Assembly (NCBI GenBank): GCA_016432625.1
Contig: CP066697.1
Span: 81,415 to 145,414 of the forward strand
Source: Candidatus Berkelbacteria bacterium
Lineage (GTDB): Bacteria; Patescibacteriota; UBA1384; 2-12-FULL-50-11
DNA length: 64,000 bases
Direction: 5' to 3'
Shown: positions 8,940 through 17,845 of the stretch, one piece after another
How the letters are laid out: the number at the start of each line of letters is the position of its first letter
How positions within the stretch are numbered: position 1 is the stretch's first letter
Made by a program: the position numbers and the translations under genes
Notes under the pieces: model-generated
The model's database searches: none
Seen by the model: the letters and a program-made list of their open reading frames with translations, nothing else
What the model was told of the DNA's origin: nothing

Positions 8940-9824
8940 TTATCGGGCCGATGCAAGGAGATTTCTAATAAAATCATCGAAATTTATTCCGGCGGCAGAT
9001 AATTCTTTATTAATCAGCGAAGTTGGGGTCATGCCAGGTAGGGTGTTTATCTCTAGAAAATATGGTTGGCCGTCGCGTAAAATCCAGTCCAGGCGACCGT
9101 AGGACCGTGCGCCCATCTTCTTATATATGGACACAGATTTCTCCTGAATTTCTTCGGTGAGTTTGGCTTCAATCCGGGCGGGACAGATTTCTTCGCAACC
9201 ACTCTCGTTACTGTACTTGGCCTGATAATCAAAAAACGACGCCTTAGGAACGATCTCAACGAGCGGCAAAGCTTGCAATGACCCGAAAACGTCAATAACG
9301 CCGCAAGTCAGCTCTGTCCCCGGGATTAACTCCTCGATAATAAACTTGCTATCCTCGTCGTATTTCTGGGCCAGCTCTAGGGCGACCGATAGCTCGCTAG
9401 CTTTGCTGACAATTGATACGCCGTAACTTGAGCCCTGCTTGTTAGGCTTCACGACGACGGGAAAGTTGAGAGAATCGTTGGCTGACAGGGTTTTGGGAAC
9501 GGCCACACCAAGAGAGGCCACTAAATCTTTCGTTCTTAGCTTATCGAAAGCGAGCGCTGAGACTGTCGCGCCCGATCCGGTATGAGGGAGATTATTCTCT
9601 TGAAGAATATGTTGTACCTTGCCGTCTTCGCCGAAAGTTCCGTGTAGCGCGAGCACGACTTTCTCAGGTTTGGCGGCAACGAGCTCCTCGAGCCAAGTTG
9701 GTTTCGCTGGATCAATAACGACGAACTTGACGCCTTGTCGTTGCAGGGAATCTTGAATAGTTTTTGCCGTCGCAAAAGATACCTCGCGCTCGGCCGATGG
9801 TCCACCGGCAAGAATTACTAACAT
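8940..9824 (-). CDS. ddl: D-alanine--D-alanine ligase
   Basis: MLVILAGGPSAEREVS ... ATP-grasp motifs; start placed at the internal ATG at 9824 that matches the canonical Ddl N-terminus (the ORF is open to 9860). Confidence 0.85.
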   Translation of the reverse strand: MLVILAGGPSAEREVSFATAKTIQDSLQRQGVKFVVIDPAKPTWLEELVAAKPEKVVLALHGTFGEDGKVQHILQENNLPHTGSGATVSALAFDKLRTKDLVASLGVAVPKTLSANDSLNFPVVVKPNKQGSSYGVSIVSKASELSVALELAQKYDEDSKFIIEELIPGTELTCGVIDVFGSLQALPLVEIVPKASFFDYQAKYSNESGCEEICPARIEAKLTEEIQEKSVSIYKKMGARSYGRLDWILRDGQPYFLEINTLPGMTPTSLINKELSAAGINFDDFIRNLLASAR

Positions 9825-9949
9825 GTGGAGACGCCTGAACGCCATTCGCACCCAGATCATATCTGGAAAACACTACTTCGGAAAGTTGCGTCTACCGAAC
9901 GAATCTCCGAACCTTGTCGTACGAAAGCAATGAAAGTATTCCAGCAACA

Positions 9950-10315
9950 TTAGTTCCTAGTCACAACGCGCGCAACAACGGCTTGTGCGCCAAAGAAGTT
10001 CTTAGTGAACTCTTCGGCAACCTTGGGATCAAATTCTTTACAGGAGAATATGTTGACGAGGGAGAGCTTCATCAGCTTCATGCAATGGATCACGAGGGTG
10101 CTTGTCTTTATAAACTGCATAGCCGACACTCCGTCAAGATGAGGGATCCCACTGTTGTCTTCCCAGAAGACTGGTTCGCCGTGGCGTTCCATCTGAATGA
10201 GCTCCAGTACTTCGGAAATGTACTTACCTAAATTCTCCTTGGTGAACATTTCCGGGTTACAGCCATGCATGTCGAGCATTAGCTCGGTGCCGTAGGGTCT
10301 TGTCTGAATCTCCAT
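9950..10315 (-). CDS. S-adenosylmethionine decarboxylase (SpeH/SpeD pyruvoyl-type) family protein with a non-canonical processing site
   Basis: aligns along its length to SpeH (G..L....GC..E; GVS...I..S.L.IH......F.C.E.DP), but the ESH self-cleavage triad is TST (only the Ser is kept); leaderless-type promoter TTGAAA-N16-TAGAAT-7nt-ATG. Confidence 0.5.
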   Translation of the reverse strand: MEIQTRPYGTELMLDMHGCNPEMFTKENLGKYISEVLELIQMERHGEPVFWEDNSGIPHLDGVSAMQFIKTSTLVIHCMKLMKLSLVNIFSCKEFDPKVAEEFTKNFFGAQAVVARVVTRN

Positions 10316-10513
10316 TTGCCAAATTCTAACAAGTGTATGGCCGTTTTCAAGGATGAGGTGAGATTCGAACTCTTGTCAGGCGACTTTTGGCGTGTAAACA
10401 AAACACGTTTGAACCAAGAACAGGTTCACTTATGAACCGTCTGGCTTGGCGGGAGCACAAGGATTCGAACCTAGGACCACCAAGGTATCTGCTGACGCAG
10501 CTGCTGAAAACTG

Positions 10514-10585
10514 TGGGCGGACCAGGGCTCGAACCTGGAACCACCAAGGTATAAGCTTGGCGCTCTACCATTGAGCTATCCGCCC
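10514..10585 (-). tRNA. tRNA-Ile (anticodon UAU)
   Basis: minus strand GGGCGGA-TA-GCTC-AATGGT-AGAGC-G-CCAAG-CUUAUAC-CTTGG-TGGTT-CCAGG-TTCGAGC-CCTGG-TCCGCCC-A; anticodon loop read directly. Confidence 0.7.
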
Positions 10586-10624
10586 ACAGTTCCCAGCAGT
10601 AAGCTTGGCGCTCTGCAACCCTTC

Positions 10625-10642
10625 ACTATACTCCCGAACCAG
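10625..10642 (-). promoter_or_regulatory. tRNA-Ile promoter -10 (TATAGT) preceded by the conserved CTGGTTCGGGAG spacer motif
   Basis: sense strand AATCAACTGGTTCGGGAGTATAGTGAAGGG; same core as the cluster promoters at 0.5-4.6 kb. Confidence 0.4.
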
Positions 10643-10834
10643 TTGATTTTACTCTATCAGCCGGTCAGACTCAATCCGCTACACCCAGGTTTGACAAGGT
10701 GAACCAATGCGGTATCTTGTTGACTAGATCCTTAGGGGACCACTTCTAGGGTTTAAAGAGGGGAAAATATAAGGAGGGGCCGTTTCGCCCTTTTTTAGGT
10801 GCGACAAGGCTCTTTAACAACTAGAAGGAGAAAA

Positions 10835-13027
10835 ATGCAGAGATTGAAAAAACTCTTTGTCCGCTTTCTCGTTGTCCTTCTGGCTGTTCAGGGACAGGCG
10901 GCCGTATGGCTGTTCTCCCCTAGCGCCGCACACGCGGCCGGAACACAAGAAGTGGTCATTAACGAGATTATGTGGATGGGCTCGGAAGCAAGCGCTGCTG
11001 ACGAGTGGATAGAGCTACGTAATAACAGTGAGACCAATACAGTGGACTTAACTAACTGGAAATTGACTAACGTTTCCAGTGGCGGTGATTTAGTGATTCC
11101 CGCAGGGACGATTGCGCCGGGCGGTTACTTTCTAATCAGTAATTACGACAAGACTAGCGCTAGTTCAGTGCTAAACGTAACGCCTGATTATGTAACAACG
11201 ACACTGCAGGTCGGTAATAGCTGTCTGCCGATTGTTCTACAGGACGCGGCGTCAACCCAGGTTGACGAAATGGGTTGTAACGTCGCTGATTACTTTGGCG
11301 GCACCAACACCGCTACGAAAGCGGCTTTGGAACGCAACGCGGTAATCGAAGATGGGGCGCTAGCTAGTAGCTGGCACACTGGTGTTGGCAACGCGAATTT
11401 GGATGCTACGGCGACAAACACCCTAGCGACGCCAAAATTCGTAAACGACGTGACCGTAGCCACTGCTGGCACAGTCATGGACGGAGGCGACTTTACTGCT
11501 GTCCCGACAGCACTTAGCGCCAGCTGGTCTGGCTTTGCTGACCCTGAATCAGGGGTTATAAGTTATCTTGCCGGCGTAGGAACTACTGCCGGGGTTAATA
11601 ACACCTTGGCGCTGACGAATGTCGGCAATGTTCTGAGCTATAACTTTGACTTCACCGGCTCCCCGTTAAGCGAGAACGAGACTTACTTCATTAACGTCAT
11701 TGCCGTCAACGGAGTTAACCTACTGAGCAACACGGCATCAAGTAATGGAATCACGGTCAATACATCGGCGCCGAACGCGCCAGTGCCACTAATGGCGATC
11801 GACACGCCGAACGATAACGGCGGCTCGGTAACCGTATACTGGCAGGCCGGTGGCTCACCGGACGTCACGAGCTATCAGGTCAACTACCGTAAGCTTGGAG
11901 ATGTCGGCTTCTTGAACACTAATGCTGGGCTGAATCTAAGCGCTGTTCTAACAGGCTTACTGAATGCCCCAGCGACTTACGAAGTGACAATTGAGTCGAT
12001 CGACTTCAACAATCAGCACTCGGTCCCAACAGGGATTCTGCAAGTTCAGGCTCTCGATAACTTGGCGCCGATCCTCGACGTCAATAAAGTCGTGATCGCG
12101 CAGAATAAGCCGGGCAATAGCGACACGATCGGCGGTAACGCCGGCGCCTCAAACGAGGCTGGCGTGACAGTTTATGTTTTCGATCGCAATCCGGCCGAAA
12201 CAACTAAAGTCCTCATCAACTCGGTAATGGCTAACGCCGACGGTAGCTTCAGTGTCATGGGTCTTGGCGACAACCGTTACGCCCAAGTTTGGGTGCAGCT
12301 GGTTGATGCCGCGGGTAACTCAAGTGAGGCGAAGGCCTTCACTAACGATACCGTTGCTCCGAACGCTCCAACGCTCAATAAATCAGTCGCAGTCTGTCCG
12401 GACAGGCCATGTCGGGTAACTCTTGAGTGGACGGATAACGGTCCGGACACGGCGTACTACAAGGTCAGCTATGTCGCGGGTGGAGTAGAAAAGCTTTCAA
12501 TGGAATTTACTTCCACCACAGCTGCGCTCGATCTTGAGGGATGCGCGACGTACGGTTTCAAGGTCTTGGCTTTTGACAAATACGGCAACGAATCGTCTTC
12601 GAGCAATGCCTTTGAGTTCCGCTTGACCCCTGGCGTCAAAACAACTGTAGAGTTCGTTGACGGCAAGCAGGTCACTAAGACGGAGGCACTAGGCGGGACG
12701 CGACAAGTCCGACGCGCTTCTGTCCCTAGCGGATTTAGCGCCGAGATCATTCCCCCAGTTCAGGCGAGCGAACCTGAAGCCGACAAGGCGCCACTCGGCG
12801 ATGACAGTGCCGACGGCGCAGCTTCAGACCAAGACTGGGTTCGAATCGGGGTTGTGATTGCCCTACTCTTGATAATTGCTGGCAGTTTTTACGCCTTATC
12901 GCGCTCAATGCGTGATGGCAACGGCGGGACGAGCAAGCAAGTAGTGAAAGATGTAAAAACGCCCGTGGCAGCTGGAACAAAGCGACCTCGCACGAAGCGT
13001 CGTGGTCGACCGGCCAGACGTAAGTAG
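10835..13027 (+). CDS. lamin-tail-domain (LTD) surface protein with Fn3/Ig-like repeats and a C-terminal TM anchor plus basic tail
   Basis: signal peptide; VVINEIMWMGSEA...EWIELRN...DLTNWKL...GGYFLIS is the LTD signature; repeated Y.V.Y Fn3-like segments; C-terminal hydrophobic helix and KRPRTKRRGRPARRK tail; AGGAG Shine-Dalgarno before the ATG at 10835. Confidence 0.7.
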   Translation: MQRLKKLFVRFLVVLLAVQGQAAVWLFSPSAAHAAGTQEVVINEIMWMGSEASAADEWIELRNNSETNTVDLTNWKLTNVSSGGDLVIPAGTIAPGGYFLISNYDKTSASSVLNVTPDYVTTTLQVGNSCLPIVLQDAASTQVDEMGCNVADYFGGTNTATKAALERNAVIEDGALASSWHTGVGNANLDATATNTLATPKFVNDVTVATAGTVMDGGDFTAVPTALSASWSGFADPESGVISYLAGVGTTAGVNNTLALTNVGNVLSYNFDFTGSPLSENETYFINVIAVNGVNLLSNTASSNGITVNTSAPNAPVPLMAIDTPNDNGGSVTVYWQAGGSPDVTSYQVNYRKLGDVGFLNTNAGLNLSAVLTGLLNAPATYEVTIESIDFNNQHSVPTGILQVQALDNLAPILDVNKVVIAQNKPGNSDTIGGNAGASNEAGVTVYVFDRNPAETTKVLINSVMANADGSFSVMGLGDNRYAQVWVQLVDAAGNSSEAKAFTNDTVAPNAPTLNKSVAVCPDRPCRVTLEWTDNGPDTAYYKVSYVAGGVEKLSMEFTSTTAALDLEGCATYGFKVLAFDKYGNESSSSNAFEFRLTPGVKTTVEFVDGKQVTKTEALGGTRQVRRASVPSGFSAEIIPPVQASEPEADKAPLGDDSADGAASDQDWVRIGVVIALLLIIAGSFYALSRSMRDGNGGTSKQVVKDVKTPVAAGTKRPRTKRRGRPARRK

Positions 13028-13052
13028 TTAGGGTAGGCGCGTTTTAAGCGAC

Positions 13053-13083
13053 AAAAACGATCCCTTCGGGGATCGTTTTTGTT
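13053..13083. terminator. rho-independent terminator (bidirectional)
   Basis: AAAAACGATCCC-TTCG-GGGATCGTTTTTGTT. Confidence 0.65.
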
Positions 13084-13111
13084 ATCTCTAGATGCTAGAG
13101 TGTTGGTGGCA

Positions 13112-13507
13112 ATGGTTCTCGCTAACACGCAAAAACTTCTGGGGAGAATTTTAGTAATTCTACTGGTAGTTTTTGCGTTATATTCCAATGTTCGTTTGAT
13201 AATCCGTAACAATAAATTGCACGAGCGTCTTTCCGAAGTGCAAACAGAACTCACAAATAAAGAGCTACGTAATAAAAAAATGTCGCTGTTGATCGCTTAC
13301 TACCAGAGCCCGTCGTACCAAGATGTGGAGGCTAGGCGACGTTTGGGCCTGAAGCTACCCGATGAGACGGTGATGCAAGTTCGTGGCGTCGAATATAGTA
13401 AAGACGGTACCACTCTTGAAGACACTATCTATGAAAACACCGAAGTCGCCTCGCCTACTCCGCCGACAAACTTCTCGCGTTGGTGGGGGTACTTTTTCGG
13501 TAGCTAA
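13112..13507 (+). CDS. septum-formation initiator (FtsB/DivIC-like) protein
   Basis: single N-terminal TM, coiled-coil, then a conserved QSPSYQDVEARRRLGLKLPDE-type tail. Confidence 0.5.
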   Translation: MVLANTQKLLGRILVILLVVFALYSNVRLIIRNNKLHERLSEVQTELTNKELRNKKMSLLIAYYQSPSYQDVEARRRLGLKLPDETVMQVRGVEYSKDGTTLEDTIYENTEVASPTPPTNFSRWWGYFFGS

Positions 13508-13517
13508 ATATAAGGAA

Positions 13518-13543
13518 GAGGCGCGCCCGTTTGGGCGCGCCTC
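13518..13543. terminator. GC-rich hairpin terminator between the convergent FtsB-like gene and purH
   Basis: GAGGCGCGCCC-GTTT-GGGCGCGCCTC, T-rich on the minus-strand side. Confidence 0.5.
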
Positions 13544-13566
13544 AAGTTCTTGGCCGTTATGACGGC

Positions 13567-15252
13567 CTAGTGGAACCGGAACATCCGGTAGTATTCGTCA
13601 GGCCCCCAGCCGAGCTTGACGCCGTGCTCTTGGCAGACGCGCAAAGTCTCGGGATCGCCACCGCCTTTGGCTTTCGAGCCGCTGGTGGCAAAGATCACGT
13701 TGACCTTGGCGTCGGCGCACAATAGCGTCGGGCCGTCTGGGAACGGGAAGAAGGAGTCGCTGACAGCGACCGCTCCCCTCAGGTCGTGTCCGGCGTCGCG
13801 AGCGATCATCATCGCCAGCTTCGCCGCCGTCACCCGATCGGTCTGACCAGCACCGTTGCCGAGCAACATCCCGCCGCGCACAAGCGTGACGGTGTTGCTG
13901 ACGCCGCACTCGCAGATTGTCGCCCCGAGGACGACGTCGTAGACCTCGTCCTGTGATGGGTCACCGAGCGGCCACTCCACCAGATGCGAGAAGAGGTCGA
14001 ACGGCGGTAGCGGCTGCTGAACGATTTCGCCGCCGCGAAGCGGGCGGCGATCCGGCTCTTGTTTCATCATGCCCAATCCAGCGTTCTCGAGGGCCGGGTT
14101 GCCATAAAGGACGATGTCCTTCTTCACCTTCAAGCTAGCGATCGCCTCGTCGCTGAAAGAGGGCGCTACCACCTGGTGGATTAACCGTCGATTGGACGGC
14201 TCACCTTCTTCGGCAGGCTCCATCATGTAGTAAACGAGGTCGTGGGCGTCGGGTGCGCCAAGCCGGAATGAAGTAGTGACCGTCGCCCCAAAGATGGCCT
14301 GGGTGTTACTGGCGATCATCTTACGAATCGCGTCCTGCGTCGATTCGAAGCTAATGCCAACGCCGCACGGCTGCCCGTGCTTCATCGCTGCGGCAACGAA
14401 TGGCTTGGCAAGAGCGTTCTTCTCGAAGTTGGCCCCAACCCGAACGACGAAGTCCGCACCGCGATCCAGGTCTGTCGTGTTAACAGAGCCGGGGTCGCCG
14501 TTTAGGAGTTGAAAGGCATGAGTTGCCAGCGGGTCGCTCGTCTGTGCACGATACTGACGCGCTTTGCCCTGCTGCGGGTTTTCTGCCCGTCGCAACGTGC
14601 GGTGAAGCTCACCGAAGTTCGCGAAGTAACGACCGTCGCCGTAGTGAACCGCGGCTACACCGCGATGTCTGGCTACGGTCATGAAGCCTTCGGCGACCAT
14701 TTCATGAACGATCTCGTCGTCAAACGGCGTTCCGGACTCGAGGCGATCGAGAATCTTGTCGCACATCTCGGGGGAGGTGGCGACAAACGTCCCGTAGTGG
14801 CCGTCGCAAGCGTTGAGCTCCGCGGCTTTGGCGAATGAGCCAATCATTCCCGGGCCGCCCATGTCCTGCTTCTCGGCGATTTGGCGCCGCGTGCTATTGG
14901 GGTCAGCGATGGCGCCCGCGCCATCATAGATCGTGACGTAGCCACCGACGATTCGGTCGATGCCAAGCTCCTTGAGCTTCTCGCTCGCTTCCAAGGTTTG
15001 CGGTGCAAGAATGCCCGCATGGACCTTGTGGTGAAGCGTTTTGACGAGGTCGTTGAAGAGTTCCGGGAAGTCGATGATGTCACTTAAGTCCGTGACCTCG
15101 ACCTCCGCTACTTTGAGGCACTTGGCCGTCCCGCCCGTTGAGGCGATTGAGTAGCCAAGAGCAAGAAGACGCTTCGCCTTGTCCGGTAAAGCGGGCTTGT
15201 CTCGATTGTCGACAGACATCAAGACCCAGCCCTTCGTTGAAGATTCGTTCAT
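13567..15252 (-). CDS. purH: bifunctional AICAR transformylase/IMP cyclohydrolase
   Basis: N-terminal MGS-like domain (WVLMSVDNRDK...GYSIASTGGTAKCL) and the C-terminal AICARFT signature AVSDSFFPFPDG; start at the ATG at 15252 (MNESS...) because the longer ORF would overlap the tRNA; GC is about 60% against about 50% in the flanks. Confidence 0.85.
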   Translation of the reverse strand: MNESSTKGWVLMSVDNRDKPALPDKAKRLLALGYSIASTGGTAKCLKVAEVEVTDLSDIIDFPELFNDLVKTLHHKVHAGILAPQTLEASEKLKELGIDRIVGGYVTIYDGAGAIADPNSTRRQIAEKQDMGGPGMIGSFAKAAELNACDGHYGTFVATSPEMCDKILDRLESGTPFDDEIVHEMVAEGFMTVARHRGVAAVHYGDGRYFANFGELHRTLRRAENPQQGKARQYRAQTSDPLATHAFQLLNGDPGSVNTTDLDRGADFVVRVGANFEKNALAKPFVAAAMKHGQPCGVGISFESTQDAIRKMIASNTQAIFGATVTTSFRLGAPDAHDLVYYMMEPAEEGEPSNRRLIHQVVAPSFSDEAIASLKVKKDIVLYGNPALENAGLGMMKQEPDRRPLRGGEIVQQPLPPFDLFSHLVEWPLGDPSQDEVYDVVLGATICECGVSNTVTLVRGGMLLGNGAGQTDRVTAAKLAMMIARDAGHDLRGAVAVSDSFFPFPDGPTLLCADAKVNVIFATSGSKAKGGGDPETLRVCQEHGVKLGWGPDEYYRMFRFH

Positions 15253-15320
15253 TATGGTTTCTCCGTCCTGCAAGTTTAGGTACGACAAAACCGAATCCCT
15301 CCAGATTCGTTTCGTGCCTG

Positions 15321-15394
15321 TGCCGGGGGAGAGAATTGAACTCTCGACCTCCACTTTATGAGTGTGGCGCTCTAACCGACTGAGCTACCCCGGC
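15321..15394 (-). tRNA. tRNA-Met (anticodon CAU; G1:C72, elongator-like; Ile2-lysidine not excluded)
   Basis: GCCGGGG-TA-GCTC-AGTCGGTTA-GAGC-G-CCACA-CUCAUAA-AGTGG-AGGTC-GAGAG-TTCAATT-CTCTC-CCCCGGC-A. Confidence 0.8.
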
Positions 15395-15649
15395 GCGTAA
15401 AAGTTCTCGCGTAATTGTATCAAGGTTAGACGTATATATGAAGGAGAAGGGGATGGTGGGGGATGAAGGCGCGGGGGCAGGAAAGTGTGTTTCTAAGACA
15501 GGAAGTCTCGCAGCTAGCGCTGCTCGGAAAGCTCCTTCGTCCAGGAAGGAACCCGCCTCACTTCGTTCGGCAATTCTCGCATACTAAAAGTATGCTCGAA
15601 TCCGAACCACGCCAGCTGAAGCTGGCTGTTCGCCTCCTTCACGCCAGCA

Positions 15650-15688
15650 AAACAAAACACTAGCCATTGAGGCTAGTGTTTTGTTCTA
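15650..15688. terminator. rho-independent terminator (12-bp stem, bidirectional) after the second tRNA-Met
   Basis: AAAACACTAGCC-ATTGA-GGCTAGTGTTTT flanked by an A-run and a T-run. Confidence 0.6.
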
Positions 15689-15689
15689 G

Positions 15690-15760
15690 TAGCGGGGACA
15701 GGATTCGAACCTGTACCTGTTGGTTATGAGCCAACCGGGGTGCCATTCCCCTACCCCGCT
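15690..15760 (-). tRNA. tRNA-Met (anticodon CAU), A1:U72 variant; initiator candidate
   Basis: AGCGGGG-TA-GGGG-AATGGCA-CCCC-G-GTTGG-CUCAUAA-CCAAC-AGGT-ACAGG-TTCGAAT-CCTGT-CCCCGCT-A; the weak 1:72 pair is reminiscent of initiator tRNAs. Confidence 0.7.
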
Positions 15761-15874
15761 AATATCGGATTATATCTAAAAATCAAGGTTGAATCTAGTC
15801 GGAGGTGAGCTGACTTTTCTGGAATATCTAATGCATCTCGGGCTACCCACTTGATACGGATCTACCTGGATATT

Positions 15875-15995
15875 TGATTTCTACCGGTATAATCTGCCGT
15901 TTCAGATTTACCTCAGCACTTCGTGCCAATCGGTATAATCTGCCGGTTGCAGATTTACCTCGATATTTCATATCTTTCGGTATAAAATATGGAAC
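15875..15995 (+). promoter_or_regulatory. three tandem -10-bearing repeats of about 47 bp upstream of ftsH (TATAAT at 15888 and 15934, TATAAA at 15981); the last lies 9 nt before the ATG
   Basis: CGGTATAATCTGCCG(T/G)TTCAGATTTACCTC repeated, with a third truncated copy. Confidence 0.4.
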
Positions 15996-17813
15996 ATGCC
16001 GCAGCGTAACCGCGTCACGCGTCAGATCGTCTCTATTGTCACAGTATTATTTCTAGCCCTAATCGGCTGGGTAATTTTGCTTGGGCCAAATTCCAAAAAA
16101 ACCGAAGACGTCGGCATCTCCCAAATTGCCCAGGAGGTTCAAGAGGGAAAGGTCGAGCTTATCCGCGTTGAAGGTAATAAAGTGATTGCTATCACCAAGG
16201 ACCAGCGTGAGCTAGTAGCTTTCAAAGAGGCGAGCCAGGGCCTTAAAGACTACGGCATCACTGGCGACAAAGTTAAGCTCCAGATCGATAATCCTGATTC
16301 TGGTGCCCTTTGGACGACGTTGCTTTCGGTGATGCTGCCATTTGCCCTATTGATACTGATTCTGTGGCTCATGAGTCGGCAGGCACGAGCTGGCAACATG
16401 CAAGCGCTTTCCTTTGGACGCTCAACTGCCAAAATCGCCGATCCACGAAAACGAACAACCTTTAAAGATGTTGCGGGGCTAAAAGGCGCCAAACAAGAAT
16501 TAGTCGAAATCGTCGACTTTTTGAAGAGCCCGGGTAAGTTCAAAGCGCTTGGCGCGGAAATCCCCCGAGGTGTTTTGCTGTACGGTCCGGCAGGCGTTGG
16601 TAAAACCTTGCTCGCCAAGGCCGTGGCTGGTGAAGCCGAGGTTCCCTTCTTCACCTTGTCTGCTTCAGAATTCGTAGAGATGTTCGTCGGCGTCGGCGCC
16701 TCAAGAGTCCGCGATCTTTTCGCTAAGGCTAAACGCGTCGGGCCGGCAGTAATCTTCATAGATGAGCTAGATGCTGTTGGCCGTCAGCGCGGCACTGGCT
16801 TGGGTGGCTCGCATGACGAACGCGAGCAGACTTTGAACCAAATTCTTGTCGAGATGGACGGGTTCGACACTGATACTAATGTCATCATACTCGCCGCGAC
16901 TAACCGGCCAGACGTGCTCGACCCGGCCCTGCTACGCCCCGGTCGATTCGATCGTAAAGTTGCCCTTGATATTCCTGACCGACAAGAGCGCAAAGAAATT
17001 ATTGAAGTTCATGCTCGAAATAAGCCGATTGCTAAAGGCGTTGATTTTAATGAAGTCGCCAAAACCACACCAGGACTAGCCGGTGCGGATCTGCGCAACA
17101 TCGTTAACGAAGCAGCAATTTTGGCCGCCCGGGAAAATCGCAAGCAAATTGAGCAGAAAGATTTTCGTAACGCCATCGAAAAAGTCATGCTCGGCCCGGA
17201 ACGTACCAGCCATATTATGCTTGGTAAAGAACGAGAAATTGTTGCCTACCACGAGTCGGGGCACGCGATCATCGGTCATATTCTTTCCGAATTGGATGAT
17301 GTTCATAAAGTCTCAATCGTCTCGCGTGGCATGGCCTTAGGGTTCACCTTGTCGCTACCAAGTGAAGATCGCCGCTTAGTGCCAAAAACCAAATTTGAGC
17401 AACAGATCGTTCAGCTTCTAGGCGGTCGCGCGGCGGAGCAATTGATATTCAACGAAGTTACGACCGGTGCCTCAAATGATCTAGAGCAGGCAACTTCAAT
17501 CGCCCGCAATATGGTGACAATCTTTGGCATGAGCGAACTTGGGCCAATTAAACTTGGCGAACGCGAAGAGATGGTGTTCCTCGGCCGGGAAATGGGCATG
17601 CATAAAGTTCACTCGGAGAAAGTCGCCTCAGAAATTGATGAGCAAATTCACACCATTATTAACCGTGCCTGGAAGCAGGCTCTGGAAATTCTCAAGAAGG
17701 AGATGAAAACGCTCCATGAGATGTCGAAATTACTACTCGACAAAGAAACGCTTGAAGACGACGATCTGCGTACCATACTCGGGACACTGAAAACCGCTCC
17801 GGTGAGCAACTAG
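15996..17813 (+). CDS. ftsH: ATP-dependent zinc metalloprotease FtsH
   Basis: AAA+ Walker A (GPAGVGKT), SRH region, HESGHAI zinc motif, two N-terminal TM segments. Confidence 0.9.
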   Translation: MPQRNRVTRQIVSIVTVLFLALIGWVILLGPNSKKTEDVGISQIAQEVQEGKVELIRVEGNKVIAITKDQRELVAFKEASQGLKDYGITGDKVKLQIDNPDSGALWTTLLSVMLPFALLILILWLMSRQARAGNMQALSFGRSTAKIADPRKRTTFKDVAGLKGAKQELVEIVDFLKSPGKFKALGAEIPRGVLLYGPAGVGKTLLAKAVAGEAEVPFFTLSASEFVEMFVGVGASRVRDLFAKAKRVGPAVIFIDELDAVGRQRGTGLGGSHDEREQTLNQILVEMDGFDTDTNVIILAATNRPDVLDPALLRPGRFDRKVALDIPDRQERKEIIEVHARNKPIAKGVDFNEVAKTTPGLAGADLRNIVNEAAILAARENRKQIEQKDFRNAIEKVMLGPERTSHIMLGKEREIVAYHESGHAIIGHILSELDDVHKVSIVSRGMALGFTLSLPSEDRRLVPKTKFEQQIVQLLGGRAAEQLIFNEVTTGASNDLEQATSIARNMVTIFGMSELGPIKLGEREEMVFLGREMGMHKVHSEKVASEIDEQIHTIINRAWKQALEILKKEMKTLHEMSKLLLDKETLEDDDLRTILGTLKTAPVSN

Positions 17814-17845
17814 CCAGCGCCTCGTAATAAAGGCAAACTAAAGCT

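Noticed and set aside
10341-10513. Two GGTTCGAATC-containing segments downstream of tRNA-Ile that might have been a second tRNA, a tmRNA, or a T-box/SAM riboswitch for the SpeH-like gene
   Set aside because: I could find no matching 5' acceptor or D-arm. The segment is too short for a tmRNA. No T-box or SAM-I consensus is visible, and the SpeH-like gene has its own leaderless-type promoter 7 nt before the ATG. I kept it only as tRNA-like remnants and alternative hairpins.
10347-10571. 74-aa ORF on the minus strand
   Set aside because: It overlaps the tRNA-Ile gene and the tRNA-like remnants; it is a translation of a GC-rich RNA sequence.
13598-15087. Several ORFs of 70-110 aa antisense to, or out of frame within, purH
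   Set aside because: Long spurious ORFs are expected in a 60% GC gene; the purH frame carries the diagnostic motifs.
15138-15383. ORFs of 81 and 60 aa, plus the longer purH ORF starting at 15354
   Set aside because: They run across tRNA-Met (15321..15394). purH is started at the internal ATG at 15252, which matches the PurH N-terminus.
15463-15663. 66-aa ORF between the two tRNA-Met genes
   Set aside because: It has no Shine-Dalgarno or leaderless promoter context and its end overlaps the terminator hairpin; the region is likely a non-coding tRNA spacer.
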